This document shows, one piece after another, positions 36,296 through 46,739 of a stretch of DNA of 64,000 bases (the stretch's first letter is position 1; each line of letters starts with the position of its first letter). Origin of the DNA: Thermoleophilia bacterium (GTDB lineage: Bacteria > Actinomycetota > Thermoleophilia > Gaiellales > JAICJC01). The stretch covers positions 3,876-67,875 of the forward strand of contig JAICYJ010000005.1 in the NCBI GenBank assembly GCA_025934255.1, in the 5' to 3' direction. The position numbers were made by a program, and so were the translations under genes. A model generated the notes under the pieces. It did not search any database and was not told where the DNA came from. It worked only from the letters and a program-made list of their open reading frames with translations.

Positions 36296-37462
36296 ATGAG
36301 CGCAGAGCCGGCCGCCGACGTGGCCGTTGTCGGATTGGGCGGCCTGGGCAGCGCCGCGGCCTGCTGGGCGGCGCGGATGGGCGCGCGCGTGGTCGGCCTG
36401 GAGCAGTTCCCGCTCGGCCACGATCGGGGCGGGTCGCACGACCATTCGCGGTTGATCCGGCTGGCCTACCACCACCCGGACTACGTGCGGCTCGCGGCCA
36501 CCGCGTACGACGTATGGGGCGAGGTCGAGCGCGCTGCCGGCGAGCAGCTGGTGCACCTGACGGGCGGCATCGACATGTTCGGCCCGGACGCGCCGCTCGG
36601 CCGCGACGTGTACGCGGCCGGCATGATCGAGGGCGGCGCCGAGGTGGAGCTGCTGACCGGCGCCGACGTGTCGTCCCGCTGGCCGCAGCTGGCGCCGCCC
36701 GGCGACGTGCCCGCGCTGGCCCACGCACGGGCCGGGTTCATCGCCAGCGAGCGCGCCACCGCCGCCCACCAGCGGCTGGCCCGGGAGGCCGGCGCGCAGC
36801 TGCAGGACGGGTGTGCCGTCACCGCCGTGCGACCCTCCGGCCGCGACCTGCTGGTGGAGGCGGGCGGGCGCACGATCCGCTGCCGGTCGGTGATCCTCTC
36901 GGCGGGAGCGTGGCTGAACGAGCTGTTGGAGCCGCTGGGCGCGAGCCTGCCGCTCACGGTCAGCCGGGAGCAGATCTCCTACCTGGCCGCCGACGACCTC
37001 GATCGCTTCCGTCCCGACCGGTTCCCGGTCTGGATCTGGCACGGCGCCCGCACCTACTACGGGTTCCCGGCCTTCGGCGAGCGGGCGGTGAAGGCGGCGG
37101 AGGACCAGGGCGGCCCCGAGGTGACCGCGCGCACGCGCAGCTTCGACCCCGACCCGGAGGCGACCGCGCGCCTGCACCGCTTCGTCTCGGAACTGGTTCC
37201 CGGGCTGGGGCCGCCGGTGCTGACCAAGACCTGCCTGTACACGATGACCCCCGACCGCGACTTCGTGATCTCGGCGCTGCCCCGGCACCCCGGCATCGTG
37301 GCGGCGGTGGCCGATGGCCACGGCTTCAAGTTCGCCTCGCTGCTGGGCCGGATGCTGGCCGAGATCTCCCTGGGCCGCACTCCCTCGCCGGACCTGGAGC
37401 GGTTCCGTGCCGACCGGCCGGCGCTGGCGCCCGGCCGCGACCCCAGTCCCGCCCGCGTCTAG
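36296..37462 (+). CDS. solA: Monomeric sarcosine oxidase / N-methyltryptophan oxidase family
   Basis: VVGLGGLG, GGSHDHSRLIR, KTCLYTMTPD (flavinylated Cys), GHGFKF; AGGAGG RBS. Confidence 0.83.
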   Translation: MSAEPAADVAVVGLGGLGSAAACWAARMGARVVGLEQFPLGHDRGGSHDHSRLIRLAYHHPDYVRLAATAYDVWGEVERAAGEQLVHLTGGIDMFGPDAPLGRDVYAAGMIEGGAEVELLTGADVSSRWPQLAPPGDVPALAHARAGFIASERATAAHQRLAREAGAQLQDGCAVTAVRPSGRDLLVEAGGRTIRCRSVILSAGAWLNELLEPLGASLPLTVSREQISYLAADDLDRFRPDRFPVWIWHGARTYYGFPAFGERAVKAAEDQGGPEVTARTRSFDPDPEATARLHRFVSELVPGLGPPVLTKTCLYTMTPDRDFVISALPRHPGIVAAVADGHGFKFASLLGRMLAEISLGRTPSPDLERFRADRPALAPGRDPSPARV

Positions 37463-37471
37463 GAGGTTGAC

Positions 37472-37882
37472 GTGCCGTCCCTCTTCCTGTCGCTCGACTT
37501 CCTGTACGTCCCCACCGCCGACGTGGACGACGCCGCCCGCCGCTACCTCGACGAGCTCGGTGCCGAACTGGTCTGGAAGGTGCGCGGCATGGGCACCGTC
37601 GTCGCCTGCCTGCGCGTCTCGGAGTCGGGTCCGGCGATCCTGCTCAGCGGCCATCTCGAGGGATCGGCTCCGATCCTCGTCTACCGGGTCGAGAGCTACG
37701 ACCAGGCGGTGGGCGAGCTCGAGCGGCGCGGTGTCGGTGCGCTGCACCGGCTCGAGATCCCGCACGGCCCCTGCGCCAGCTTCACGGCCGCGGGCGGCCA
37801 GCGGATCGCGGTCTACGAGCTGGTTCGCCCGGGTGCGGCCGCGCACTTCGACGGCCGTTTCGACGAGCCATCAAGTTCCTAG
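37472..37882 (+). CDS. VOC/glyoxalase-like protein
   Basis: FLYVPTADVD...YRVESYD...EIPHGPCASF...IAVYE; GGAGG RBS. Confidence 0.6.
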   Translation: MPSLFLSLDFLYVPTADVDDAARRYLDELGAELVWKVRGMGTVVACLRVSESGPAILLSGHLEGSAPILVYRVESYDQAVGELERRGVGALHRLEIPHGPCASFTAAGGQRIAVYELVRPGAAAHFDGRFDEPSSS

Positions 37883-39936
37883 CGCCGCCGCGCGAACGCC
37901 GCCCAGTCGCCGTACCGGAACACCTCGCGCAGGCCGGGATCGGCGGACAGCGCCGCAACCGCCCGCGGCGTCGTCTTCGTGTTCACCAGCAGGTAGCGGA
38001 CGTGGAACCGGTCGAGGATGGCGGCGCGGGCGGCCGGCGACGTGCCCGGCTCAAGCGCGATGTTGACCGCCCGCTTGCGCGCCGCCGGCATGTTGCGCGG
38101 CTCGCCCCGTGCCCGCTCCAGCGGCAGCGCCATCGGGTAGACGGTGGCCTCGCCCGCCAGTTGGTAGCCGATGTACGACTCGGCCAGCACCACCGGGAAC
38201 GGCGCCCCGTCGTGCTGGCGGAAGAACCCGATCACCGGTTCCGGCAGCCGCGGCTGCGCCTGGCTGACGCCCGGCCCGTGCCGCAGGTCGGAGACCACCT
38301 CGCTCCGCTGCGCCCGCACCGACCCCGCGATCAGGGCGGCCGCGAGCAGGACGACCGCGCCCAGCGCGGCAGGTGCGGCGGCGTTCATCCGGGCGTTGCG
38401 CCCGCGCATCGCCGGCCATGCCGACACCGCGACCCCGGCCACGGTCAGCGCGGCGATCGCGAACGTGAGCGGATCGCCCTCGGGCACGTACGCCTGGTAG
38501 CCCAGTGAGGCTACCGCCACGGCCAGCGCGGCGGGGACGGCCATCCTGCCGCCCGCCACCGCGGCCACCTCCACCACCACGATGGCGGCGGTCAGCGCCC
38601 ACGGCAGCCCGCTGCGAGGGAACCGCTTGACCTGGCCATAGCCGAGCACCGACGTGAGCAGCGCCGGCACCCAGGGGAACGAGCAGAGCACCAGCGCGGC
38701 GCCCATGATCGCGGCCGGCACCGCGTGGCGGCGCCGGAACAGCAGCATCAGAGGCACGACGGCCAGCACCCCCACCGCGATCTCGGGCCGGCCGTCGAGC
38801 ATCCAGCCGGCCCGGGCGATGACCGGATTCCCGTGGACGACCACGTAGACGGTGTCCAGCACCGGTGGCCGCGGCAGCCTCGTCCCGCCCCGCAGCGCCA
38901 CCGCCCAGATCACACCGTAGATGACGCCGGTCAGCGCGACCGACGCGGCCAGCAGGCGCCAGCCACGCAGCATCACGATCACGACTCCCGCGACGCAGGC
39001 CAGCACCAGCACCGTGTAGCTGGCGTGGATCAGGGTGACGGCAAGCACGCCGAGCAGCACCGCCCGGCTCAGCCGCCGGTCGAACCCGCCGCGAGCAGTG
39101 GCGGCGAGCAGGGCCAGGAGGGCGGGGATGAGGACGTAGAACGTGAACTCGGGCGGCTGCTGCACTACCTCCAGCGACCCCCGTGCGAGCGCGTCCCAGC
39201 ATGCCAGAAACGCGGCCGCGGCTCCGACCGGGCGGCCCGCTGCGGCCGAGCCCAGGGCGTAGGCGGCCAACGGCAGCAGCAGCGCGCAGCCGGGCGCCAG
39301 GCTGGAGTAGGCGGCCGATGGCTCCGAGCCGGTGATCCGGATCGCGACCGCCTCGATCGCGTGCAGCACCGGCACCACGTAGCCGGCGTGGGGTGAGCCG
39401 TGCCATACCGAGGACAGGCCGCTGAGCGTCAGGTGCGGCAGGTCGAGCAGCTTGCGCACGCGCCCGGCATGGAACAGCGCGTCGCCGTGCAGGACGGTCT
39501 CGTAGCGCGATGCCAGCACCGCCATCAGCGCACCGGACGCGGCCACGCCGGCCAGCTGTGCGCCGCTGCCGGACGTGTGGATGCGCGGCGTAGACGCGGC
39601 CAGCGCGACGGCGCAGGCCAGCCCCACCAGCACCGCCAGCGCGGTCAGCGGCAGGCCCACGATCAGCGCCGCCATCAGCGCCAAGCACCAGACGGCGCAG
39701 CCCAGCGGGATCGCCGCCGCCAGCAGCACCGGAGCCTCCAGCTGCTCGTCCACGCCCAGCACGCGCGCGCAGGCCAGGCCGGGTACCAGCAGCACACCCA
39801 GCAGGGCGACGGCCAGCGGCAGGCCCAGCGGCAGCACCTGTGCGGCGCCCCGAAGCAGCAGGACGGCGGCCGCCAGCGCCGCCACCAGCAGGGCCGCTCG
39901 GATCGCGAACCCCCTGTCGGGCAGCGCCGGCCTCAT
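37879..39936 (-). CDS. Large polytopic membrane protein of unknown function (possibly GT-C-like)
   Basis: More than 12 hydrophobic segments; GDALFH loop; soluble C-terminal domain ending RFHVRYLLVN. Confidence 0.62.
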   Translation of the reverse strand: MRPALPDRGFAIRAALLVAALAAAVLLLRGAAQVLPLGLPLAVALLGVLLVPGLACARVLGVDEQLEAPVLLAAAIPLGCAVWCLALMAALIVGLPLTALAVLVGLACAVALAASTPRIHTSGSGAQLAGVAASGALMAVLASRYETVLHGDALFHAGRVRKLLDLPHLTLSGLSSVWHGSPHAGYVVPVLHAIEAVAIRITGSEPSAAYSSLAPGCALLLPLAAYALGSAAAGRPVGAAAAFLACWDALARGSLEVVQQPPEFTFYVLIPALLALLAATARGGFDRRLSRAVLLGVLAVTLIHASYTVLVLACVAGVVIVMLRGWRLLAASVALTGVIYGVIWAVALRGGTRLPRPPVLDTVYVVVHGNPVIARAGWMLDGRPEIAVGVLAVVPLMLLFRRRHAVPAAIMGAALVLCSFPWVPALLTSVLGYGQVKRFPRSGLPWALTAAIVVVEVAAVAGGRMAVPAALAVAVASLGYQAYVPEGDPLTFAIAALTVAGVAVSAWPAMRGRNARMNAAAPAALGAVVLLAAALIAGSVRAQRSEVVSDLRHGPGVSQAQPRLPEPVIGFFRQHDGAPFPVVLAESYIGYQLAGEATVYPMALPLERARGEPRNMPAARKRAVNIALEPGTSPAARAAILDRFHVRYLLVNTKTTPRAVAALSADPGLREVFRYGDWAAFARRR

Positions 39937-40159
39937 GCCCGCACCAGCGCCGCGCCCGGCAGGCAGATCAGCGCGGGGAGCCAGAGCGGATCGAGGGCCA
40001 CGGCGGGTGACGATACAGGCACTTCCGCCCACCCGCGATTGACCTTGCCGCCAACATCTGGTGGGGTGGGGGCGTCACAACCTTCAAGACGGTCCGGCCT
40101 CGCAGCCGGACACCTGGGGACGTCGTCCCGCGCTGGCGGGACCGAGAGGAGGACATATC

Positions 40160-41770
40160 GTGCGGACACGCACTTCACGTGGCTTGCGCCTGTTCGTGTT
40201 GGCGGCTGCGGTGGTCGCGCTGGCGGCCGGTTGCGGCAGCTCGAGCGGCTCGTCGAGCGGCGGCAGCGGAGGCGGCGGTGGAAACAGCGACGCCACCATC
40301 ATCATGGGCACCACCGACACCGCGATCCACTTCGATCCGGCCAACGCCTATGACCTGCACTCGTGGAACATCATCTACAACGTGTACGACGAGTTGATGA
40401 CCATTCCGGCGGGAGGGAACAAGCCGGTGCCGTCGCTGGCCACGTCCTGCGGGTGGGACGACCCGAAGACGTACACCTGTCACCTGCGGTCGGGTGTCAA
40501 GTTCCAGAACGGCGATCCGCTGACGTCGAAGGACGTCGAGTTCTCATTCCAGCGCAGCATCGTCATCAACGGCGATCAGGGCGCGTGCTACTTGTTCTCA
40601 TCGCTGGCAACATGCGGCAAGTGGAAGGGGGACGAGATCTCCACTCCCGACCCGCAGACGGTCACCTTCCATCTGACCCAGCCTGATGCAACCTGGCCGT
40701 TCATCCTGGCCACCGGCGCGGCGGCGATCGTGCCCTCGGGCGTGTACCCGGCGACGAAGCTTCAGCCGGACGACCAGCCGATCGGCACCGGCCCGTACAA
40801 GCTGGTCAAGTATCAGCCGGGCGTTCAGACCGTGCTCGAGCGCAACGACGCCTACTGGGGAACGCCCGCCAAGAACGCTCGCGTTCTGGTCCAGTACTAC
40901 AAGGACACGCCGTCGCTGAAGCTGGCCATCCAGGGTGGCGACGTCGACATCGCGTTCCGCAACCTGACGCCAACCGACATCTCGTCGCTGCGGGGGCAGA
41001 GCGGTTTGCAGGTGGTCGAAGGCCAGGGCATCGAGATCCGCTACCTGGTGTTCAACGTGAAGCTGCCGCCCTCCGACCAGCTGGCCGTGAGGCGGTCGAT
41101 CGCCTATCTGATCGACCGGCAGTCGATCGCGCACAACGTCTACAACGACACGGTGCAGCCGCTCTACTCGATGGTCCCGGCCGGGCTGTTCGGCCACATC
41201 GACTCGTACAAGACCGAGTACGGTGCCACGCCGAACCCCGATCTGGCCAAGAAGGAGCTGACCGATGCCGGCATCGCCACGCCGGTGCCGATCACGATCT
41301 GGTGGACGCCCACCCACTACGGCGGCGGCTCGGCCGACGAGTACACCGAGATCAAGCGCGAGCTGGAGGGCAGCGGCCTGTTCAAGGTGACGCTCAAGTC
41401 GGAGGAGTGGGACCAGTACGCCGTCGACCGCGGCAAGGACATCTTCCCGGCCTTCCAGCTGGGATGGTTCCCCGATTACCCGGACGCCGACGACTACTCG
41501 GCCTACTTCTATCCCAACGGCGGGTTCTGGAACGGGCACTACGACAACCCGCAGATCGACAAGGCGATCGACCAGGAGAAGGCATCGACCGACCCCTCGG
41601 TGCGTGAAGCCGCCTTCGCGAAGATCCAGCAGCTGGCCGCCAAGGACGCTCCCACCATCCCGATCTGGCAGGGCAAGCAGATCGCGGTGGTGCGCGACGG
41701 GGTGTCCGGCGTCCAGGAGACGTTCGATCCCGCGTATATCTTCCGGTTCTGGCTGATCAGCAAGACCTAG
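40160..41770 (+). CDS. dppA: Peptide/nickel ABC transporter substrate-binding lipoprotein (family 5)
   Basis: Lipobox LAAGC, FDPA, LRSGVKFQNG..LTSKDVEFS, IGTGPYKL, VRRSIAYLIDR; AGGAGG RBS. Confidence 0.88.
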   Translation: MRTRTSRGLRLFVLAAAVVALAAGCGSSSGSSSGGSGGGGGNSDATIIMGTTDTAIHFDPANAYDLHSWNIIYNVYDELMTIPAGGNKPVPSLATSCGWDDPKTYTCHLRSGVKFQNGDPLTSKDVEFSFQRSIVINGDQGACYLFSSLATCGKWKGDEISTPDPQTVTFHLTQPDATWPFILATGAAAIVPSGVYPATKLQPDDQPIGTGPYKLVKYQPGVQTVLERNDAYWGTPAKNARVLVQYYKDTPSLKLAIQGGDVDIAFRNLTPTDISSLRGQSGLQVVEGQGIEIRYLVFNVKLPPSDQLAVRRSIAYLIDRQSIAHNVYNDTVQPLYSMVPAGLFGHIDSYKTEYGATPNPDLAKKELTDAGIATPVPITIWWTPTHYGGGSADEYTEIKRELEGSGLFKVTLKSEEWDQYAVDRGKDIFPAFQLGWFPDYPDADDYSAYFYPNGGFWNGHYDNPQIDKAIDQEKASTDPSVREAAFAKIQQLAAKDAPTIPIWQGKQIAVVRDGVSGVQETFDPAYIFRFWLISKT

Positions 41771-41782
41771 ACGACACGCGCA

Positions 41783-41816
41783 GGCCGGGGAGTCCGCGGC
41801 GGCGGGCTCCCCGGCC
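41783..41816 (+). terminator. Intercistronic stem-loop after the binding-protein gene (mRNA stabiliser/partial terminator)
   Basis: GGCCGGGGAGTCCGC-GGCG-GCGGGCTCCCCGGCC. Confidence 0.6.
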
Positions 41817-41821
41817 CGACC

Positions 41822-42850
41822 ATGGCCAAACCGACCACCTCACTTCGCACCTATGCGCTGACCCGGCTGGCGCTGGTGCTGCCGATGTTGTGGATCCTCT
41901 TGACCCTGGTGTTCTTCATGATGCGGGTCGCACCGGGCGATCCGGTCACGGCCGCGCTGGGCGGCCGGCTTCCCGAGAAGGAGCTGCAGGAGCGACGCCA
42001 CGCGGCTGGCTACGACAAGCCTCTGATCGTGCAGTACGTCGACTACCTGGGCGATGTGGCACGGCTCAACTTCGGCACCACCATCACCGACGATCGGCCG
42101 GTGACCGATGTGATCATCGAGAACGGCAGCGCAACGCTTGAGCTGACCTTCTGGGCGATGGTGGTCGCCCTGTCGGTCGGCATCGGGCTGGGCCTGGTGG
42201 CGGGCCGGCTGCGCGACTCCGGCGCCGACGTCAGCATCCGCATGTTCGGCATCGTCGTCTACGCGATGCCCGCCTTCTTCCTGGGCTTCCTCGCACAGCT
42301 GCTGTTCGGAGAACGGCTGGGCTGGCTGCCGACCTCCGGCCGGGCCAGCCCAGAGGTGCAGTTCCTGTTGCCCACGCACACGCATCTCTACCTGATCGAT
42401 GCGATCATCTACGGCGACTGGGCCACCTTCAAGGACGTCGTGCTGCACCTGATCCTGCCCGCGGCCACGCTGGGCCTGATCATCGCCGGCGTCCTGATTC
42501 GGCTGGTACGAGTGAACGTGCTGCAGACGATGAAGGGCGACTACATCGAGGCCGCCCGCGCGCGCGGCATCGACGAGAAGTCGGTCGTCTACCGGCACGC
42601 GTTCAAGAACGCCCTGGTGCCGGTGGTGACGGTGCTGGGCCTGCAGGTGGCGCTCTTGATGTCGGGCGCCGTCCTCACCGAGACGACGTTCAACTGGCCC
42701 GGCATCGGCTTCGAGCTGGTGCGCTACCTGAACAACCGCGACTACATCGCGGTGCAGGGGATCATCACGTTCTTCGCCCTGATCGTGATCTTCGTCAGCG
42801 TGCTGATCGACTTCGTGAACGCCTGGATCGACCCGAGGGTGCGGTACTGA
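41822..42850 (+). CDS. dppB: Peptide ABC permease
   Basis: APGDP, GYDKPL..QY, LILPA.TL, DYIEAARARG, HAFKN, WPGIG, DPRVR. Confidence 0.92.
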   Translation: MAKPTTSLRTYALTRLALVLPMLWILLTLVFFMMRVAPGDPVTAALGGRLPEKELQERRHAAGYDKPLIVQYVDYLGDVARLNFGTTITDDRPVTDVIIENGSATLELTFWAMVVALSVGIGLGLVAGRLRDSGADVSIRMFGIVVYAMPAFFLGFLAQLLFGERLGWLPTSGRASPEVQFLLPTHTHLYLIDAIIYGDWATFKDVVLHLILPAATLGLIIAGVLIRLVRVNVLQTMKGDYIEAARARGIDEKSVVYRHAFKNALVPVVTVLGLQVALLMSGAVLTETTFNWPGIGFELVRYLNNRDYIAVQGIITFFALIVIFVSVLIDFVNAWIDPRVRY

Positions 42851-43806
42851 TGGCGTCGCAGTTGATCGCCAGAGCCGGCCGCGCGTTCGGCCCCGTGCGC
42901 GAGGCGCGCGGCGTGCCGCGCTGGATCGTGTGGGCGGGGATCGTGCTGACGCTGCTGTTCGTGGTGATGGCGCTGACTGCGCCCTGGATCTCGCCCTACG
43001 CCTTCGACCAGTACAAGGACGCCTCCGGACAACGCTTCGTGAAGCAGCAGGCACCATCCTCGGCACACCCGTTCGGTACCAACGTCCAGTCCACCGACGT
43101 CATGTCGAGGGTGATCTGGGGGGCGCGGACGGAATTGAAGGTGGTGCTGTTCGCCGTGGTGGTGTCGCTGCTGGTGGGCCTGCCGCTGGGGCTGCTCTCG
43201 GGCTACTTCGGCGGGCCGGTGGACCGCGTGCTGGTGCTGATCATGGACGCGTTGTTCGCGTTTCCCTACCTGCTGCTCGCGATCGTGATCGCGTTCCTCC
43301 TGTCCGACAAGTTCGGAAGCGGTGTCGCCACCGCGGCCTTCGCCATATCGGCCGTCTACATCCCGCAGTACTTTCGGGTGGTCAGAAACCACGTTGTCAG
43401 CCTCCGTGAGGAGTCCTACGTCGAGGCCGCGCGTGCGCTGGGAGCGCGCCCGCGCACCGTGATCGGCCGCTACGTGTTCCAGAACGTGGTGCAGAGCGTG
43501 CCTGTGATCGCCACGCTCAATGCCGCCGATGCGATCCTGACCCTGGCCGCACTCGGGTTCCTCGGCTACGGCATCCAGCCCACCGACGCCGCCGAGTGGG
43601 GCTACGACAGCTCCCGCGCGCTGTCCGACGCGGGCGCCGGTATCTGGTGGACGGGCCTGTTCCCGGGCATGGCGATCGTCTTGCTGGTGACCGGCCTGAC
43701 GCTGCTGGGAGAGGGCCTGAACGACGTTCTCAACCCGGTGCTGCGGCGCCGCAAGATGGAGCCCGTGACGCTGCCGCCGAGGGCACCGCAGGAGGACCGG
43801 GCATGA
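42850..43806 (+). CDS. dppC: Peptide ABC permease
   Basis: [39 protein letters not shown]. Confidence 0.92.
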   Translation: MASQLIARAGRAFGPVREARGVPRWIVWAGIVLTLLFVVMALTAPWISPYAFDQYKDASGQRFVKQQAPSSAHPFGTNVQSTDVMSRVIWGARTELKVVLFAVVVSLLVGLPLGLLSGYFGGPVDRVLVLIMDALFAFPYLLLAIVIAFLLSDKFGSGVATAAFAISAVYIPQYFRVVRNHVVSLREESYVEAARALGARPRTVIGRYVFQNVVQSVPVIATLNAADAILTLAALGFLGYGIQPTDAAEWGYDSSRALSDAGAGIWWTGLFPGMAIVLLVTGLTLLGEGLNDVLNPVLRRRKMEPVTLPPRAPQEDRA

Positions 43807-44834
43807 GCGCCAACGGGCCGGTGCTGGACGTCCGCGACCTGCGGGTCTGGTACGGCAGCACGCGCGGCGCCGTGCGGGCCGTCGACGGCGTCAGCATCCA
43901 GATCCGGGCCGGCGAGGTGCTGGGCCTGGTGGGCGAGTCGGGCTGCGGGAAGTCGACGCTGGGGCGCGGCGTGATGGGTCTGCTGCCCGATGGGTCCGCG
44001 GTCGACGGTCAGGTGCTGTTCCAGGACACCGACCTGCTGAAGGTCAGTGACAGGCAGCTGCGGCGCATGCGGGGGCCGGACATCGCGCTGATCTTCCAGG
44101 AGCCGATGACCCGCCTGAACCCGCTGATGCGGATCGAGGACCACTTCAGCGAGACGATCACGGCGCACGAGCCGAAGCTCAGCAAGGCGGAGGTGCGGCG
44201 CCGCTCGCTCGAGGCGCTGGGCGGCATGGGCATCCCGCCCACCCGGTTTCGCAACTACCCGCACGAATTCTCCGGCGGCATGCGCCAGCGGATCATGATC
44301 GCCCTGGCGCTGGTGCTGCGGCCCAAGCTCGTGATCGCCGACGAACCGACCACGGCCCTGGACGTGCTGGTCGAGGCCCAGATCCTGTCGATCCTGGCCG
44401 ACCTGAAGCGCAACTTCGACACGGCCCTGCTGCTGATCACCCACAACCTCGGCATCGTGGCCGAGGCGTGCGATCGGGTGGCCGTGATGTACGCCGGGCG
44501 GATCGCCGAGGAGGGGGACGCGCGCACGGTGTTCTCACAGCCCGCCCACCCGTACACGCGCGAACTGCTGCGGTCGGTGATCTCGTTGAACACCACAGGC
44601 CTGCACTACATCCCGGGCGCCCCGCCCAGCCTGATCGACCCGCCGGCCGCCTGCAAATTCCATCCCCGCTGCCCGGACGCGATGCGGGTCTGCGCGCAGC
44701 TGGCGCCGGTGGAGCAGCGGCTGTCAGCCGGGCAGCGCGTGGAGTGCTGGCTGCACGGGCCGGGCGACCGGATCCCCGAGGGCGGGCGGGAACCACTCGA
44801 GCAGGAGCGGATCGCCGTGGCGGAGGAGGCGTAG
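43803..44834 (+). CDS. dppD: Peptide ABC ATP-binding protein
   Basis: [42 protein letters not shown]...C...C. Confidence 0.92.
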   Translation: MSANGPVLDVRDLRVWYGSTRGAVRAVDGVSIQIRAGEVLGLVGESGCGKSTLGRGVMGLLPDGSAVDGQVLFQDTDLLKVSDRQLRRMRGPDIALIFQEPMTRLNPLMRIEDHFSETITAHEPKLSKAEVRRRSLEALGGMGIPPTRFRNYPHEFSGGMRQRIMIALALVLRPKLVIADEPTTALDVLVEAQILSILADLKRNFDTALLLITHNLGIVAEACDRVAVMYAGRIAEEGDARTVFSQPAHPYTRELLRSVISLNTTGLHYIPGAPPSLIDPPAACKFHPRCPDAMRVCAQLAPVEQRLSAGQRVECWLHGPGDRIPEGGREPLEQERIAVAEEA

Positions 44835-44836
44835 AC

Positions 44837-46138
44837 GTGGCCGACGCCGGCGCGCTGCTCGAGGTCGAGGACCTGCAGGTGCACTTCCCGCTACGCGGTT
44901 CGTTCGGTGCGCGCCTGGTCGGCAAGGACGTGGGCGCGGTGCAGGCGGTGGACGGCATCTCGTTCTCGGTGGCACGCGGTGAGGTGCTGGGCATCGTCGG
45001 CGAGTCGGGCAGCGGCAAGACCACGCTCGGCCGCGCCCTGCTGCGCCTCGTCGACCCGACCGGCGGCTCGATCAGGCTCGAGGGCGAGGACGTGTTGGGG
45101 CTGCGCGAACGCGAGGTGCGCGCGATGCGGCGCAAGGTGCAGATGGTCTTCCAGGACCCGCACGCCTCGCTGAACCCGGCCATGACGATCGAGACGGCGG
45201 TCGGTCATCCGCTGCGCATCCACGGCGTCACCCGCGATCGCGCCGACATCCGCAATCGCGTCTCCGCGGTGCTGGAGCGAGTCGGGCTGTCGCCCCCGGA
45301 CCAGTACCTGGGCAAGTACCCGAGCGACCTGTCCGGCGGTCAGAAACAGCGGGCGGTGCTGGCGCGTGCGGTGATCCTGAGCCCCAGCCTGCTGGTCGCC
45401 GACGAGCCGGTGTCGATGCTGGACATGAGCGTGCGGGCCAAGATCCTGGAGCTGATGCTGGGCCTGAAGAACGACCTCGACCTGACCTACGTCTACATCA
45501 CCCACGACCTGGCCACGGCGAAGTTCTTCTGCGACCGGGTGGCGATCATGTACCTGGGCCGGATCGTCGAGATCGGCGCCACCGAGGAGATCTTCGCGAA
45601 CCCGCGTCACCCGTACACGCAGTCGCTGCTGCGGGCGATCCCCGACCCCGACCCGTCGCGCAGCATCCCTCGCGATCTGCCTCGCGGCGAGGTGCCCGAT
45701 GCCGCGGAGCCGCCGCTCGGTTGCCGGTTCCACCCCCGCTGCCCGAAGGCGTTTGCACCGTGCGGGTGGGAGGCGCGTGACCTGCACGACATGCTCGAGC
45801 AGCGGTGGGCGGTGGGCGGCCAGGAGCTGTTCGAAGCCGAGCGGCTGCAGCTGGGCGACCTGGCCGGGCTCGACCAGCCCGGCTCGCGCGCGACGGTGCC
45901 CTCCGCGACCGGCACCGGCGACGATGTCGCGACGCTGCTCGACCGCATCCGCGAGGACGACTCCCGCGAGCGAATCTGGCACGGCATCGAGTCGATCACA
46001 CCGCGGCCGGGCGGAGCCGTGATCGAGTTCCATCCCGGCCACGATCCCGTCCTGCGGCCCGTGGGCGGTGCCGAGGTGGCCTGTCATCTGTACGACCCCG
46101 AGCTGGCGGAGGTGCCGGAGCAGGCGCCGCCTGCCTGA
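44837..46138 (+). CDS. dppF: Peptide ABC ATP-binding protein with C-terminal insertion
   Basis: GESGSGKT, VFQDP, LSGGQKQR, ADEPVSMLD, CRFHPRC...C...(long insert)...CHLY. Confidence 0.9.
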   Translation: MADAGALLEVEDLQVHFPLRGSFGARLVGKDVGAVQAVDGISFSVARGEVLGIVGESGSGKTTLGRALLRLVDPTGGSIRLEGEDVLGLREREVRAMRRKVQMVFQDPHASLNPAMTIETAVGHPLRIHGVTRDRADIRNRVSAVLERVGLSPPDQYLGKYPSDLSGGQKQRAVLARAVILSPSLLVADEPVSMLDMSVRAKILELMLGLKNDLDLTYVYITHDLATAKFFCDRVAIMYLGRIVEIGATEEIFANPRHPYTQSLLRAIPDPDPSRSIPRDLPRGEVPDAAEPPLGCRFHPRCPKAFAPCGWEARDLHDMLEQRWAVGGQELFEAERLQLGDLAGLDQPGSRATVPSATGTGDDVATLLDRIREDDSRERIWHGIESITPRPGGAVIEFHPGHDPVLRPVGGAEVACHLYDPELAEVPEQAPPA

Positions 46139-46239
46139 TCAACGCCGGCAACCCTGGCGTTCCGCTCGTTACCCTCGCACGCCGCCGGGCCCGGCAGCGG
46201 CGCGGCCACGAGGGCACGCCACCGCCGAGCCCGGCCTGC

Positions 46240-46623
46240 TCAGGATTCGCTTCCGATCGTGAGCCCGTAGATCACGAGACCATTGATGATCACAGCGATC
46301 ATGGCTCCCAGGGGAGCGGTGAAGAGGAAAAAGAACCACATGAACATGGCGAACGATGCGACCAGCACGCCGAGCATGTAGCCGCTCGGGTTCCCGCTGA
46401 ACACCATGAATCCGGCGAACAGCTGCACGATCGCAACGATCAGCAGCACCCAGCCCCAGAACTTGAGGTTCTGGAACAGGAATGCGGAGCTGATGTTGTT
46501 GGCCTGGTGGATGGACGTGAGCCCCTCGACCAGGTTGAAGGCACCGGCAACGACCAGCCAGATCGCGGAGAACATCGACCAGCCGGTAAGTCCGTTGGAT
46601 CGGTCATAGGTGCTTGACGACAC
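46240..46623 (-). CDS. Small 4-TM membrane protein (DUF7144-like)
   Basis: GW..F....L...G.FN..EGL, WGW..LI motifs; AGGAAGGAG RBS before GTG. Confidence 0.62.
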   Translation of the reverse strand: MSSSTYDRSNGLTGWSMFSAIWLVVAGAFNLVEGLTSIHQANNISSAFLFQNLKFWGWVLLIVAIVQLFAGFMVFSGNPSGYMLGVLVASFAMFMWFFFLFTAPLGAMIAVIINGLVIYGLTIGSES

Positions 46624-46739
46624 GTGACACCTCCTTCCTGTCGACGTCAGCTAGGGGCCGGTTCTTCGGGCGCTGGTGAATTCCTGCGGCGCCGGACATG
46701 CGATGTCACCAGGGATCAGCCGTGTGGCAGAGTGTGGCG

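Noticed and set aside
46141-46214. Possible ncRNA between dppF and the small membrane gene
   Set aside because: Two modest hairpins between convergent genes are adequately explained as terminators.
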